A stretch of DNA of 64,000 nucleotides, from contig NC_068986.1 of the NCBI RefSeq assembly GCF_001194135.2, forward strand, positions 15,517,349 through 15,581,348. Reading direction: 5' to 3'. The stretch is from Octopus bimaculoides (Eukaryota). The position numbers and the translations under genes are program-made. The stretch's first letter is position 1; every line of letters starts with the position of its first letter. This document shows, piece after piece, positions 1 through 13,903 of this stretch. The notes under the pieces are model-generated. The model searched no databases. It was not told the origin of the DNA and worked only from the letters and a program-made list of their open reading frames with translations.

Positions 1-100
1 GACGATGCGGCATGCTTTTTTAACATTTTTCATATTGCAGCTTTTGGTAGCGTTTTTTGCATCACGCTAGAATCCGTATTGGACCCGTAAGTATAAAATA

Positions 101-1009
101 TTGGGTCATCCCATAAATAATGCAGTTTTGTTTTTACATTTCTTTTATTTTTCAAAATTGAAATAAACAAAGTTTATAATCTAAAATAAACTCTCCTTCA
201 TTTTCTATAATGCTTTTCCATTCATCTGGTAGACTTTCAAGGACCCTCTTGCAAAATCCACTTGCCCGTGACCAAAAATACTCTTTCAGTATTGTTTTGA
301 CTTCGTCTACGGAATTCATTTTTTATCCGTCCAAAGGATTTTGAAGACTGCAAAATAAATGTCAATCAGATGGGGAAATGTCGAGCGAATATGCTAAGCG
401 GGGAACTGCTTCAGTTTCTGGAATTTTATCCTCGATGTATGTAGGCGAGCATTATCCTGATGAAAGAACACCTTTCGTCATGAAACCAATGATGATCATT
501 TTCCGATGGTACGCAGGGGCCGATGAATGGATGAATGACAAAATCCAAGCTTCTCTGCTACTTCCTCAACGTATACGATGAGATTTTGTTCCAACAAGTT
601 TTGCAGGACGTCCTCGTCGAGCTCTGCAGATCTTCCAGGAAGAGGCTCATGTTCTAGGCTGTAGTTACTGACTTGGAATTTCTGGAACTACCGTTGACAC
701 TGGCTTCAGTTTATCGTCCGATCCCTGTATACTGCATTAATATTCCTTGCATTCACCGTTGCGCAGTTGCCTTTATTGAACTCATGAAGCAACATATGCC
801 GAATATACTCCCTTGTTACTTCCATGATATCTTTAAAAACATAGCTGTTAAAATCGAGCTGCCCTCTTGAAAACTTGCACTAAGATTAAGGACAAGCTTA
901 AATTACTATCCGCTTTTATATCAAGTTGATGCAGTTAGTTTATCTCATCCCACTCCGACTTTTAGTACACGCAATTGAAAAATACCGCATTATTTATGGG
1001 ATAACCCAA
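101..1009 (-). mobile_element. Internally deleted mariner (Tc1/mariner) element with both TIRs
   Basis: TIRs TTGGGTCATCCCATAAATAATGC (101-) and GCATTATTTATGGGATAACCCAA (-1009), TA on both sides. The minus strand from ATG at 825 reads MEVTREYIRHMLLHEFNKGN..QCQR*FQKF.. (HTH) and AYSLDISPSD*HLFCSLQN..LPDEWKSIIENEG (YSPDLAP-type motif); it has stops and lacks the central region. Confidence 0.9.
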
Positions 1010-1644
1010 TACTAGTAGAAGACCTATCCGTTTTAGAGTAATTAGCATGAGAAAAAGAAGAATGAGTTGAAAGCCGTAAGAGACAGGGTATGAATATTGG
1101 AAATGGACGCAAATATCTGTATAGTAATTTTTTTTACAGCACACAAGATGAATTATTCAGTTATTGAAATTGGCTTCGTTTCGAGAAAAGGTAACTAAGA
1201 CCCAGTGTTCATTCTTGCTGATTCCGACTGAGAAAGACAAATCATTTCAAGAATCAAGTATTCGACCGGAATAGATTTGACATTGAAGAATTGACAGTCT
1301 GTGTGTTTTGGAACCAGCACAACTTGAGATGTCTGTGTTTGTATGCATACATACATACATACATACATACATACATAAATACATACATACATAAATTCAT
1401 ACATACATACATACATACGTACATACATACATAGACAAATAAACGCATATATTTATATGTAAATATGCATATAAATATATANNNNNNNNNNNNNNNNNNN
1501 NNNNNNNNNNNNNNNNNNNNNNNNNNNNNNNNNNNNNNNNNNNNNNNNNNNNNNNNNNNNNNNNNNNNNNNNNNNNNNNNNNNNNNNNNNNNNTATATAT
1601 GGTGTGTGTGTTTGTATGTATAAATATATGAGTGAGTGTGCGTA

Positions 1645-1769
1645 TAGTAGTAGTAGTAGTAGTAGTAGTAATAATAATAATAACAACAACAATAATAATA
1701 ATAATAATAATCATAATAATAATAATAATTATTATTATTATAATAATAATAATAAATAATAATAAAAAA

Positions 1770-1857
<88 letters not shown>
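1645..1857. repeat. Compound trinucleotide microsatellite (TAG)n-(TAA/CAA)n-(CTA)n-(TAA)n
   Basis: Seen directly. Confidence 0.95.
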
Positions 1858-1858
<1 letters not shown>

Positions 1859-1859
<1 letters not shown>

Positions 1860-1915
1860 TCCATGGATGGAATTTATAAAAATTTATAGAATATTTATAA
1901 ATTCCATCCATGGAT
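1859..1915. repeat. Perfect 22-bp inverted repeat with 13-nt loop
   Basis: ATCCATGGATGGAATTTATAAA (1859-1880) and TTTATAAATTCCATCCATGGAT (1894-1915). Confidence 0.95.
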
Positions 1916-2079
1916 TATTTTTCCTATTATTATATTTAGCCTCCATTATTTCGACACAGCTCGGTACAACCTCATGAATCTGCTGTTGCAAGTTGGTATC
2001 ATTAGTCTGTAGCCAATATAAGAAGGTAGGAGATTCTATATGCATACTAAAAAAACCTTCCCGCAGACGAACTTAAAGC

Positions 2080-2112
<33 letters not shown>

Positions 2113-3496
2113 TGTATGCACGTACGTATGTATGTATGTATGCATGTATATAGAGCAATAGAGAATGAGAAAGACAGCGATATTTACTTGCATAAATTAA
2201 CAATACTTCGTAAATATACGCACACAATTACATAGTTACACATACATGTTACATGCAAGCTTTCACTGTTATGTACACAAGATCTATATCACTTGTTTAG
2301 CAGTATCTGTGTATCTGAATGCGTTTGTTTCCTCGAGGTAAAATATGAACTACTTGACATATCACAGTAAAGAAATAACGAACAAAAGAGAACAAGAAAA
2401 TAAAATAAAATTATGAGTCAACATAACGAAAATGTCTTGTGAAATCTATTAGGAGTTCAGACATAACTTGTTCCAGTTTAATAATTCTTATCTTAAAATT
2501 TTAACATTTCACCTCACATTAGTAACAAGATACCGCCTTAAAAATTAATATAATAGCCATGAATAGTTCAATCGATTCATTACCTCTAGTTATAGGTCAT
2601 TGATTCTTAGCAAAAACTGAAAAAACAAAACCAAAATCGAACCATTCTTATCTTCTACTGTTGACGGTAGCAAGTTCGCGACCAGTAATATTTAATGCCT
2701 GTAAAATATTAACTGACGAATATCTGAGATCTTAATATATTTTTTTAACTGTGTTAAACGTTGAATTGGTGTTTTTGTTATTATTTTTTTAATCTTAATT
2801 TCATTATCATGTCGTCAGATAAAGTGGTAGAATGGCATTCGTTAGTTGCTTGAGTATGTATGTAGATGTAGCTTGTTGCTGATTACATGTGCGAGTTTGT
2901 GCGTTTGAGTGCGTGCGTTTCTGCGCGTTGACGTATGACTTGGTTGTTGTAACAAATTATTCAACTACAGAGAAAGAGAGAGAACGACAGAGCGAGTGAG
3001 AGAGAAACACACACGTATATGCATACATATGCTACATTGAATACTTGATTAAACGTTAATTTTATCGTTTGTGTTTTTCATTTCAGACTTTTCATATTTT
3101 TGCATCAATTTCTTGCAGCTAATTTCCAGCAATAAAGTTCGTAAATGCCTATTCAACGTTTCCAGACATTCACAAACTCATATTCAAGAAATGATTTTGT
3201 TTTGGCGTCTGCTTTACCTCTTATACATTGGTCAATGTTGTGTTGATATATGAAACAGAAATGACATGTGCAAAGCTGCTCCTGGTCAAGAGACGATCAA
3301 ACTGTCTTCACCGAAAAACGCATGTCCAATGTGGAAGATTCTTGATCCTTGAAGATATAATAATCTTGCAATTTAGTTTCGTTTGTAAATTTTACAGGAC
3401 GTGTTTGTGTGTGTGTGTGTGTGCGTAGAAGAGAGAGGGATATAGAGACATAAGCAGAGACATAGAGATGGAGAGAGTCATACAGAAAGACTGAGA

Positions 3497-3537
<41 letters not shown>

Positions 3538-3889
3538 AGAGAGAGAGAGAGAGTGAAAGAGAAAGTGAGAGGGAGAAGGAAAGTAAGTAGAGTGCCAATG
3601 CAGAGGTTAGTTAGCACGAAATACCAATACGAATTTCGTATTCTATGCTCAACAAACTTATATTTTCCCTGTCTGTGATTCGACCAATAAACGTTTAGAG
3701 CTCCTTGACATTTCTAACAACCAAATTAAAGGAAAAATAAAAAATTATCCGTACTTTCGCCGTAATATATGTTTGCTATTCTCGCACTGCCTTCTACGCA
3801 TGAGTGCTTATAGTTGGTATTACTTTGGTGACGTGATCGAAGCTTGAGCCTGATCAGGCCACTTTTCTTTCTGACTTTACAGTGTAAGC

Positions 3890-4112
3890 ACAGCCGCTCC
3901 ATTAGCAATGGGGCACCAAAGAAGAACAAAGAGCAATGATCCGATGTGTCTGGCCGGAATGTGTGTCAGGCGCTGAAATTCATCGATCGAAGGCGTTTAG
4001 CACAACACGGGGACAATGCACTGCACTGCACTGCTGCGTAGAAGTGAGTATGCGTGTATCGATAAGTTTAAAGGTTGGAGGAAAAGCGTGACAAACGAAG
4101 AAGGAGCTGACG
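3890..4112 (+). pseudogene. Mariner transposase N-terminal fragment, interrupted by a SINE
   Basis: Frameshifted translation TKEEQRAMIRCVWPECVSGAEIHR..LAQHGDNAL..RRSEYACIDKFKGWRKSVTNEEGA resembles the mariner N-terminal HTH region. Confidence 0.7.
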
Positions 4113-4130
4113 AGAAGCTTTATAGTTCTA

Positions 4131-4280
4131 GGTGCTGGAGTGGCTGTGTGGTAAGCAGCTTGCTTACCAACCACATGGTCCCAGGTTCAATCCCACTGCA
4201 TAACACCTTAGGCACGTGCACTATAGCCTCGAGACAACCAAAGCCTTGTGAGTGGATTCGGTAGACGAAAATTGAAAGTT
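4131..4280 (+). mobile_element. tRNA-derived SINE family A (5' half)
   Basis: GTGGCTGTGTGGTAAG head, GGTTCAATCCC B-box, AAAGCCTTGTGAGTGGATT body, ending in a (TACA)n tract. Confidence 0.85.
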
Positions 4281-4927
4281 TGTGTATCTGTGTTTGTTCC
4301 CCCACCATATACACATACAAACACACACATGTTTGTATACATACATACATACATACATACATACATACATACATGCATACATACATACATACATACATAC
4401 ATACACATATTTATACACAGAGGCCGGCGATGGTGATTGACTAGGTGGTAAAGCTGGTCAGTTTCTAATCACTCTAGGCAATAAGATCTGGAGACAAAAT
4501 TCTCTCCTTACCAACAAAGAAAAAAACAACAATATAAAACAAAACATAAATCATGCCAACATCCATGTAGACACATATACACGCTTAAATAAAAATATGT
4601 AAATATATATATAAATATATAAATGTACAGCTATATACTTACGTAAATGTATGTATATATGTATATAGATTCTCTCCTTTTTTCTCTCCTTTTTCCTCTC
4701 CTTTTTCTCCCCTTTTTTCTCTCCTTTTTTCTCTCCTTGTTTCTTTTTGTGTTCCTTTCTGTGGAAGAGCGTAGGCTCGACACGTTAAAAACTTTTTCTA
4801 TTCCCGAGCGGTATACTAATACATCTGTTTGTTTTCTACACCACCTGTCTTCGTCTGTTGTTTTTTTTTTTGAATTCTCCCTATACATACATATATATAT
4901 ATATATAATACACACACACATATACAC

Positions 4928-4974
<47 letters not shown>

Positions 4975-5869
4975 CACACAAGAAACATGAAAAGCGAAAA
5001 GATGAAACATCGTATTGAATCTGATAACATTTTTATAACAAATCATATGAAAAAAAAAACATTAAACATCTTTTAGAATGCCTATTGAGGAGGCCAAATG
5101 TCAACAATATGTTGAATTATTGAATCAAAAGGATCTAACTCTGTTAATCCAATGTTTTGTCGTCACATAAACTCGCCTATATATGAATCCAGAAGACCCC
5201 TGTGAGTTTCATTCTGTCTGATATTTATTGTCTTATATTAATTTTGTCTTATATTCATTTTGTCTTATATTGTCTTTCAGTATTTTGGGTGTGAGCTCCA
5301 TTAGTAGGATTGGTAAGTTTTTCCTGTCGTCATTCCAGCGACAGACTTCTTTCAAAAAAATGTTTTTCTTCTTTATGTTAAGTACTACAATTTTTCCTAT
5401 TTCTATTATGTTGTGTTAAGTGCATTTTATATATTTTGTCATTCTGTAAATAAATGATTAGTTTTAAATCCACTTCTTCTTCCCTTGATATTTATCTGTA
5501 TGAACTTTCATCACATTATTATAAGCAAAATAAATTAGCTGAAGATTTATTTGCATACACTTTATGAAGTTATACTCATGCCTTTATCAACGTCAGAATG
5601 CAGTCAACCTAGTATAAAGAAACGAAATAACATTCTTAAGATAAACATGACTTCTTAATTTCACTTCCACAGATATCTTCACCTTGTTATAACAAACGCT
5701 TGTTGTTTTCCTATTTGAACTGTGTTATAAAGTCGATGCAAGGGAAATGTCCGTATCTTCAACATACATGCTGAACGCCGTTACGATTTTACATTACTTC
5801 TTGCGTTCTGTCTATGCCTCGCAGCTAAATAATTGATAACCCGACATATCACCAACATCAACCGTTATG

Positions 5870-5910
<41 letters not shown>

Positions 5911-6672
5911 NNNNNNNNNNNNNNNNNNNNNNNNNNNNNNNNNNNNNNNNNNNNNNNNNNNNNNNNNNNNNNNNNNNNNNNNNNNNNNNNNNNNNNNNNN
6001 NNNNNNNNNNNNNNNNNNNNNNNNNNNNNNNNNNNNNNNNNNNNNNNNNNNNNNNNNNNNNNNNNNNNNNNNNNNNNNNNNNNNNNNNNNNNNNNNNNNN
6101 NNNNNNNNNNNNNNNNNNNNNNNNNNNNNNNNNNNNNNNNNNNNNNNNNNNNNNNNNNNNNNNNNNNNNNNNNNNNNNNNNNNNNNNNNNNNNNNNNNNN
6201 NNNNNNNNNNNNNNNNNNNNNNNNNNNNNNNNNNNNNNNNNNNNNNNNNNNNNNNNNNNNNNNNNNNNNNNNNNNNNNNNNNNNNNNNNNNNNNNNNNNN
6301 NNNNNNNNNNNNNNNNNNNNNNNNNNNNNNNNNNNNNNNNNNNNNNNNNNNNNNNNNNNNNNNNNNNNNNNNNNNNNNNNNNNNNNNNNNNNNNNNNNNN
6401 NNNNNNNNNNNNNNNNNNNNNNNNNNNNNNNNNNNNNNNNNNNNNNNNNNNNNNNNNNNNNNNNNNNNNNNNNNNNNNNNNNNNNNNNNNNNNNNNNNNN
6501 NNNNNNNNNNNNNNNNNNNNNNNNNNNNNNNNNNNNNNNNNNNNNNNNNNNNNNNNNNNNNNNNNNNNNNNNNNNNNNNNNNNNNNNNNNNNNNNNNNNN
6601 NNNNNNNNNNNNNNNNNNNNNNNNNNNNNNNNNNNNNNNNNNNNNNNNNNNNNNNNNNNNNNNNNNNNNNNN

Positions 6673-7010
6673 CGGGGAGTTAAAGCGTGGCAAACGTTCA
6701 AGATATAAACCTAATAAACGTTTTAGAGATGCTGTCAAAAACAACCTTAAGGGTCTTAATTTGAAAGTTGAAGACTGGGAGCAGAAGACGCAAGATTGAT
6801 CGGTTTGGAAACAAATGTTCTACAAGTAGATGTAAAGCATTTGAAGCTCGAAGAATTGAACAATCCATCTTGAAACGAGCACTTCGTAGACAGGACTTAA
6901 CTACAATCCCAGACTCTTTTCTGCTTAGAAATATTTGTAAGATCTGCAGTAGAGTTTGTTTGTCAAGAGCAGGACTTGTTAGTCATGTAAGATCTCATGA
7001 TAGTATTTAT
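6673..7010 (+). mobile_element. RTE-clade (BovB-like) LINE ORF2 C-terminal fragment
   Basis: GELKRGKR..KRFRDAVKNNLK..EDWE..FEARR..KRALRR..CKICSRVCLSRAGLVSHVRSH matches the RTE C-terminus with its CCHH finger; stop and frameshift present; 5' side is a gap. Confidence 0.8.
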
Positions 7011-8463
7011 TAATTGAAGAGATGGCCTCCTTCTGTAAAGACGTGGCAATCATCACGCACACACACACACACANNNNNNNNNNNNNNNNNNNNNNNNNNN
7101 NNNNNNNNNNNNNNNNNNNNNNNNNNNNNNNNNNNNNNNNNNNNNNNNNNNNNNNNNNNNNNNNNNNNNNNNNNNNNNNNNNNNNNNNNNNNNNNNNNNN
7201 NNNNNNNNNNNNNNNNNNNNNNNNNNNNNNNNNNNNNNNNNNNNNNNNNNNNNNNNNNNNNNNNNNNNNNNNNNNNNNNNNNNNNNNNNNNNNNNNNNNN
7301 NNNNNNNNNNNNNNNNNNNNNNNNNNNNNNNNNNNNNNNNNNNNNNNNNNNNNNNNNNNNNNNNNNNNNNNNNNNNNNNNNNNNNNNNNNNNNNNNNNNN
7401 NNNNNNNNNNNNNNNNNNNNNNNNNNNNNNNNNNNNNNNNNNNNNNNNNNNNNNNNNNNNNNNNNNNNNNNNNNNNNNNNNNNNNNNNNNNNNNNNNNNN
7501 NNNNNNNNNNNNNNNNNNNNNNNNNNNNNNNNNNNNNNNNNNNNNNNNNNNNNNNNNNNNNNNNNNNNNNNNNNNNNNNNNNNNNNNNNNNNNNNNNNNN
7601 NNNNNNNNNNNNNNNNNNNNNNNNNNNNNNNNNNNNNNNNNNNNNNNNNNNNNNNNNNNNNNNNNNNNNNNNNNNNNNNNNNNNNNNNNNNNNNTATATA
7701 TATATATATATGTATACAGAAAGAGAGAGAGGGAAGAGAGAAAGAAGAGAGAGAAATAGAGTGAGTGAGAGAGAGGAAAAGCTTTGTAGGTGCACGTGAG
7801 CCTGTGAGGTGTTCAGAACAGTATTCACAGTTGTATTATTTTGGGTGGAAATCACATACTTCCACACACCACATACCTCAGAATCCTGATGTTCAGAATA
7901 ATGGTATTGCACTGCTATGATAGAGATATTTGCTTATTAAATAACTTGTCTTTTAGAAAATATATCAAAGCAATATTTGATATTTTCTGAACCATCTTAC
8001 GTCTAATGATGCATGATGGCATTTCGGGCATTGAATTAAATTTTTTGTATGTTATGTATGGCATTGAATCACTCATGGTTTTCATATCAACCTCTAACAG
8101 TCTGAAATCTCAATTTCTTTAATATCAACAGAATGTCGATAGATCTTAATGTATAAATCAACATTTTTTTATTATTCTTTTTTTGATGTTGAACGGACTG
8201 ATAGCACAAGCAAATAATAGTGCATATCCAACACAGCCGTAATCTAGACATGTTTATACTATTTCACAATAGGAGACACAGTGACTGGAGTCTAGGAATC
8301 ATTGTATTTTGTCTGAGATTCTGATAACAAATATAGCAAATATCAGTGAAATTCTATCGAGAATTTAATTACAAATAACCGATATTTTGATGTATTGATG
8401 AAATGTAGGATTTCGAAATATTTTGTAACAGCTGTTTTGATATAAAATCCTAGATACTGACAG

Positions 8464-8535
<72 letters not shown>

Positions 8536-8537
8536 AT

Positions 8538-8572
<35 letters not shown>

Positions 8573-8654
8573 TGCGAGTGCGCGCATGCACACACACACA
8601 GACGTATACACAGACACATACGCATGCGCGCACACACACATACACACACACAAA

Positions 8655-8993
8655 CGCATGCGTGCCGGTTCGACTTTGCCTTTCATCCTTTCAGGTTGAT
8701 AAATTAAGTACCAGTTGCGTACGGAGGTCGATCTGATCGACTGGCCTCTTCCCCCGAAATTTCAGACCTTGTGCTTATGACAGAAATAATTATTTACAAT
8801 GACTTAAGATGGTGAGGTAGCGGAACTTTTAGCACGACGGACAAAATCCTTAATAGCATTTAGTCTGTCTTAACGTTGAATTTCATCGTTTCGTGATCGA
8901 TTAAATAAGTACAAGTTGCCCACTTGGCTGAATGTAACCAAATTGCTTCCTCCAACAGAAATCCAGGCTTGGCTTCTATAATAGAAAGGATTA
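8655..8993 (+). mobile_element. Two SINE family B copies (one 5'-truncated, one old)
   Basis: CGACTTTGCCTTTCATCCTTTCAGGTTGATAAATTAAGTACC body and tail, followed by a degenerate copy. Confidence 0.75.
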
Positions 8994-9125
8994 TCTACAT
9001 TAGTAGCAATATGCTTAGATGCAAATCAACATCAGCTCCTGTACGGGGAGGGACTATAGAAAGAAAACAGTAAGGAAGTACATTGATAGCCGAGGAAATA
9101 AGTGTTAAGGGAGAGACTAAGAAGT

Positions 9126-9163
<38 letters not shown>

Positions 9164-9997
9164 GAGAGAGCGAGAGATAGTATGAGGTAGCTGAATTTTG
9201 TTATGATGGCGTAATATGAATTTAACATACATTTTTAGCAGTTTTTCTCAATAACATACATCATTTAAAAAAAATAATAATATTATTTTCATATTATATT
9301 TCTCCTGGAAGAAATGTTTAATATGCCGGCTGATTTAATTTCATATACAAGACATATCCATTTCAAAAGACACATCAGCGTTTTTATCGTTGTAACTTAC
9401 TTCGTTTGCTAAGTAGTTTTCATATGAAGACTTGTTCCTTTCACTCCAGTTGAGCAAAATATTTCATGCAAAATGGAGAATGAATTATAGACTCAGAATT
9501 CGGACGTGTGTACGGAACTGAACAAATACTGTGACTCACAGCTGCTTTGGAGCTTTCATGTATGCATAGACTCCTATCTACAATCTATAGAAAAATTTAA
9601 AATAAGACCCATTTAATTTCAACTGGATATTGCTTTTCTAGAAGACCTACAGCTTTATTTCCTTAGTTGACTCGTGAGACAACCTAATCTCCCATAATGT
9701 CTCAAATAAGTTTTTTTTACATCATGCTCATAAATTACATTTAATATAAATTACATTCTTAGCAAAAACGCCATTAATTTTCTTCAGTTAACAAATACTG
9801 ACGCTTAAAATTTTATGTACATGTAACGTTGCATTAACGAGTAAAACTTAAAAAAAATATTTGTAAACCAACCCTCTACCTACTTCCGCTCCTTTCACAT
9901 TTTTCAGTTTTGCCTTATTTAGATCCAGCATGAAGTTCCGAGGTCGTACATCACACCTGCCTACATGTGTGGACAAGCATCTCAACGTTAAATGCAG

Positions 9998-10180
9998 CAT
10001 GTTGGCAGAATTATTAGCACACCAGGCAAACTTTTCAGCGGCTTTCATCCGCCTTTACGTTGTGATTTCAAATTCTGTAGAAGTTGAATTTGCCTTGTAT
10101 CCTATCGGGAGTCGATTAAAGAAGTATAAATACCAGATGATGTAATCGCTGGTGTTGTCCAAAAGATTTGAAATAAATTA
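9998..10180 (+). mobile_element. Degenerate SINE family B monomer
   Basis: TGGCAGAATTATTAGCAC head, TTTCAAATTC box and similar body. Confidence 0.65.
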
Positions 10181-12273
10181 ATGATTTGTGCCAATTTCAC
10201 AAATAACTGCACAAGAGCCATTTTCAATTCCTAAAATATTTTGTACTTTCACACAGTTCATAAAAGCGATTCCTTTTACAGCATTTAATTCATGATTTAC
10301 CATATTGATGGTGCATGCCTATATTGACTACAGTAAAGTTTGTTGTAGGGTTTATAGCTGTTTTATGAACAAATGACATTAAAATCAAGATCGCCTTTAT
10401 TTACATCATTTTAATTTTTTATTTTAATAATTGGAAATTTAATTATCATCTCATTTAATTATCATTTCAAATTTAATTATCATTTATGCTGTTGCGTAAT
10501 TTCAATGCATGTATTAAGATGCAGATTACCTTGTGGAATAAATTGTAATGATTTCAGACAAAGCGCAGTCGATGGACTGCCATATCTCATTATCTGATCT
10601 CTGTTCTTTACTACCAAAATTTTCAAATTAACAGAAATAAAAACAGCCAAAAATGAAACACAGCTGTCTCACATAATCTCTGACCATAATGCTAAATCGA
10701 ATTAATCAAATTTGTATTTTGCAGTAAGACTGTGTGCCTTACACCGTAGTGAATTTCTTTAAAGGATTAAATGATGTGATCATGACAAAATTTTCTGTTG
10801 CTAAAACTCATTTTTTCGAGAACCAGAATCTGGTGGTATTTCCATTAAAAGTGTTTCTGTGAAAAACAAATTAAATATTGAGCATAAGCCCTTCCGTTCA
10901 TATTGAAACATTTACGCATCGCACCCAAGCACCAGTTATATCCGAAAATAGTCTGGTCTTATTAACCTGCAATATGTGACATATTAATTGTTGCATCGTA
11001 ATAATGTCATCCAAGTAACTCTGCAAACAATGAGATTCTATGCTTATACAATTGCATAACCAACCTCTGAAACTGAACTGTTAGTATACGTTAAAATCTT
11101 TAATCAGCGTCGGAAATTTATGTATTTCTAATATAATATATGCATAATAACAACGCGACTACGAGTTAAGGAAACTGGAATATTTTGTCATGAGTTTATG
11201 CGCTAAGGTTTGTGTTCGGATTACGAAAAGCACTAAAGTTGTAGGGCACTAAAATATAACCCCCAGAATTAATAGTGCTGTTGATACTGAATGTACTTGG
11301 TAGCACAGTTTAGTCCTTCTTTCTATGTCAATATATTATACTCTTACTTACAAAATATTTTCTAAAACACATTTCTTTAAACAGCATAACATTAATACGT
11401 AAGTCTATCGTCTGATCATTGTGATGAATAAAATCTAATTTCCGTTGAAAAATAAAAAAAATTTTTACAGCAAAGTAGATATGTACTGTATTGATTATCT
11501 GCATCTGAAAAAGAAGCGATGTGCTGTCTATGAACTAAGTGAATGTCAAATAATGTTTTATATGTCGTGACTGCCCCGGAAATCTCTTATACTTTTCTAT
11601 GTTCTTTTAATATATATATATATATATATTTGTTTTTTTTTCGTATCAATTGTTCCGAATCTCATTTGCTGGCTGTTTATGTCTGTAACATCTCATTCCA
11701 ACATCTTTTCATTTCACTGTTTATGTGAGTATATGCATACACAAAAGCATAACACAAACACACTCACACACACACACACAGACACACACACTAACATACA
11801 TACACATACATCTATTTATATATATATATATATATGTATATATATGCGTACACACTTACATAAACACATACACACAGAAACATAATCACACATGCACACA
11901 CATACACACATATACTTATTTATTTCGAGACGGAAATTTTGCAACAGGTGTGGAGATATTAATGTTCACCTGGTGCCACATGGAAAAGACGTGTTTTAAG
12001 TAATTGAGTTCATATAGAGTTACATACACAAGCACACATAATCAAACACACACAGATACTCATATTTGTGTGTGTTTGTGTGTGTGTGTGTGTGTGTCTA
12101 TTTATAAAAGATGACCTGTAGTAGGCTTTCGCATACGTTCTATTATAATTAATCCGAAATAAAAACTGGACCGGTCAGTCAATACGTTTCACTAGAGAGG
12201 TTCCTCCTTCACACACAGACAGACACATGTACACACATATATATACTTACAGCTATAATGATAACAACAATGA

Positions 12274-12304
<31 letters not shown>

Positions 12305-12306
12305 AA

Positions 12307-12366
<60 letters not shown>

Positions 12367-13846
12367 GAGTGAGAGAGCAGTGCATGCCATCAAAGTGACA
12401 CTGAGGTAAAATATGCGAAGCCCATTATACACATCATGACTACCTGTCTGATAAGGGTACACCAGGCACATGCATCACAACCATATGTGAGCCACATGGT
12501 AATCTCACATCAAGATAAACAGCGCATGACCTCGCAGGTGGGGCCCAGTTAGAATTTTCTTCAAGTCGAGTAGCCCATCCCNNNNNNNNNNNNNNNNNNN
12601 NNNNNNNNNNNNNNNNNNNNNNNNNNNNNNNNNNNNNNNNNNNNNNNNNNNNNNNNNNNNNNNNNNNNNNNNNNNNNNNNNNNNNNNNNNNNNNNNNNNN
12701 NNNNNNNNNNNNNNNNNNNNNNNNNNNNNNNNNNNNNNNNNNNNNNNNNNNNNNNNNNNNNNNNNNNNNNNNNNNNNNNNNNNNNNNNNNNNNNNNNNNN
12801 NNNNNNNNNNNNNNNNNNNNNNNNNNNNNNNNNNNNNNNNNNNNNNNNNNNNNNNNNNNNNNNNNNNNNNNNNNNNNNNNNNNNNNNNNNNNNNNNNNNN
12901 NNNNNNNNNNNNNNNNNNNNNNNNNNNNNNNNNNNNNNNNNNNNNNNNNNNNNNNNNNNNNNNNNNNNNNNNNNNNNNNNNNNNNNNNNNNNNNNNNNNN
13001 NNNNNNNNNNNNNNNNNNNNNNNNNNNNNNNNNNNNNNNNNNNNNNNNNNNNNNNNNNNNNNNNNNNNNNNNNNNNNNNNNNNNNNNNNNNNNNNNNNNN
13101 NNNNNNNNNNNNNNNNNNNNNNNNNNNNNNNNNNNNNNNNNNNNNNNNNNNNNNNNNNNNNNNNNNNNNNNNNNNNNNNNNNNNNNNNNNNNNNNNNNNN
13201 NNNNNNNNNNNNNNNNNNNNNNNNNNNNNNNNNNNNNNNNNNNNNNNNNNNNNNNNNNNNNNNNNNNNNNNNNNNNNNNNNNNNNNNNNNNNNNNNNNNN
13301 NNNNNNNNNNNNNNNNNNNNNNNNNNNNNNNNNNNNNNNNNNNNNNNNNNNNNNNNNNNNNNNNNNNNNNNNNNNNNNNNNNNNNNNNNNNNNNNNNNNN
13401 NNNNNNNNNNNNNNNNNNNNNNNNNNNNNNNNNNNNNNNNNNNNNNNNNNNNNNNNNNNNNNNNNNTCTTTGTCTGATCTTTTATAATAATATCCGGTTT
13501 ATTAGCTTTTATAGTCTTGTCGGTATGTACGGGGAAGTCTTCTAACATTTGCTAATCTGTTTTCGTCTAGATTTGGTCTGCTAGCTGGATTCCGGCTCCT
13601 CCAAATTCTGTAGGAGTTTGCAGTGTGTTTCTCTTGGGTTGGCCTACTTAATGCAAAGTAATAAGTGTATGTTACTTCTTTATATTCTTCCCGGTTCCAT
13701 TTAATTCTTTTACATTTTTGATTTTGTGGTCGTTGTGGTGGTGAACTTTGGGGGCTTAATTTGGGACAAATCCCGTCTAAGTGACCTTCCAGGCTCGTAT
13801 TCGGGGAAGATATTCTGCCATTTGAAAATTGTTCGTCGTCAGGCTG
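12367..13846 (-). mobile_element. Internally deleted R4/Dong-type non-LTR element between two (TAA)n tracts
   Basis: N-terminal-type peptide KRIKWNREEYKEVTYTYY..SYRIWRSRNP..DENRLANVRR is joined at about 13540 to the endonuclease-type peptide DFPVHTDKTIKANKPDIIIKD. After the N-gap come LLDLKKILTG, a 3' UTR and an (AAT)n tail at 12277-12366. Confidence 0.7.

Positions 13847-13903
<57 letters not shown>

Noticed and set aside
450-490. CTGATGA..GAAAC inside the mariner relic
   Set aside because: The stem is not adjacent to GAAA; chance match within transposase-derived sequence.
8578-8634. 12-bp inverted repeat GTGCGCGCATGC
   Set aside because: A by-product of CA/CG dinucleotide repeat variants.
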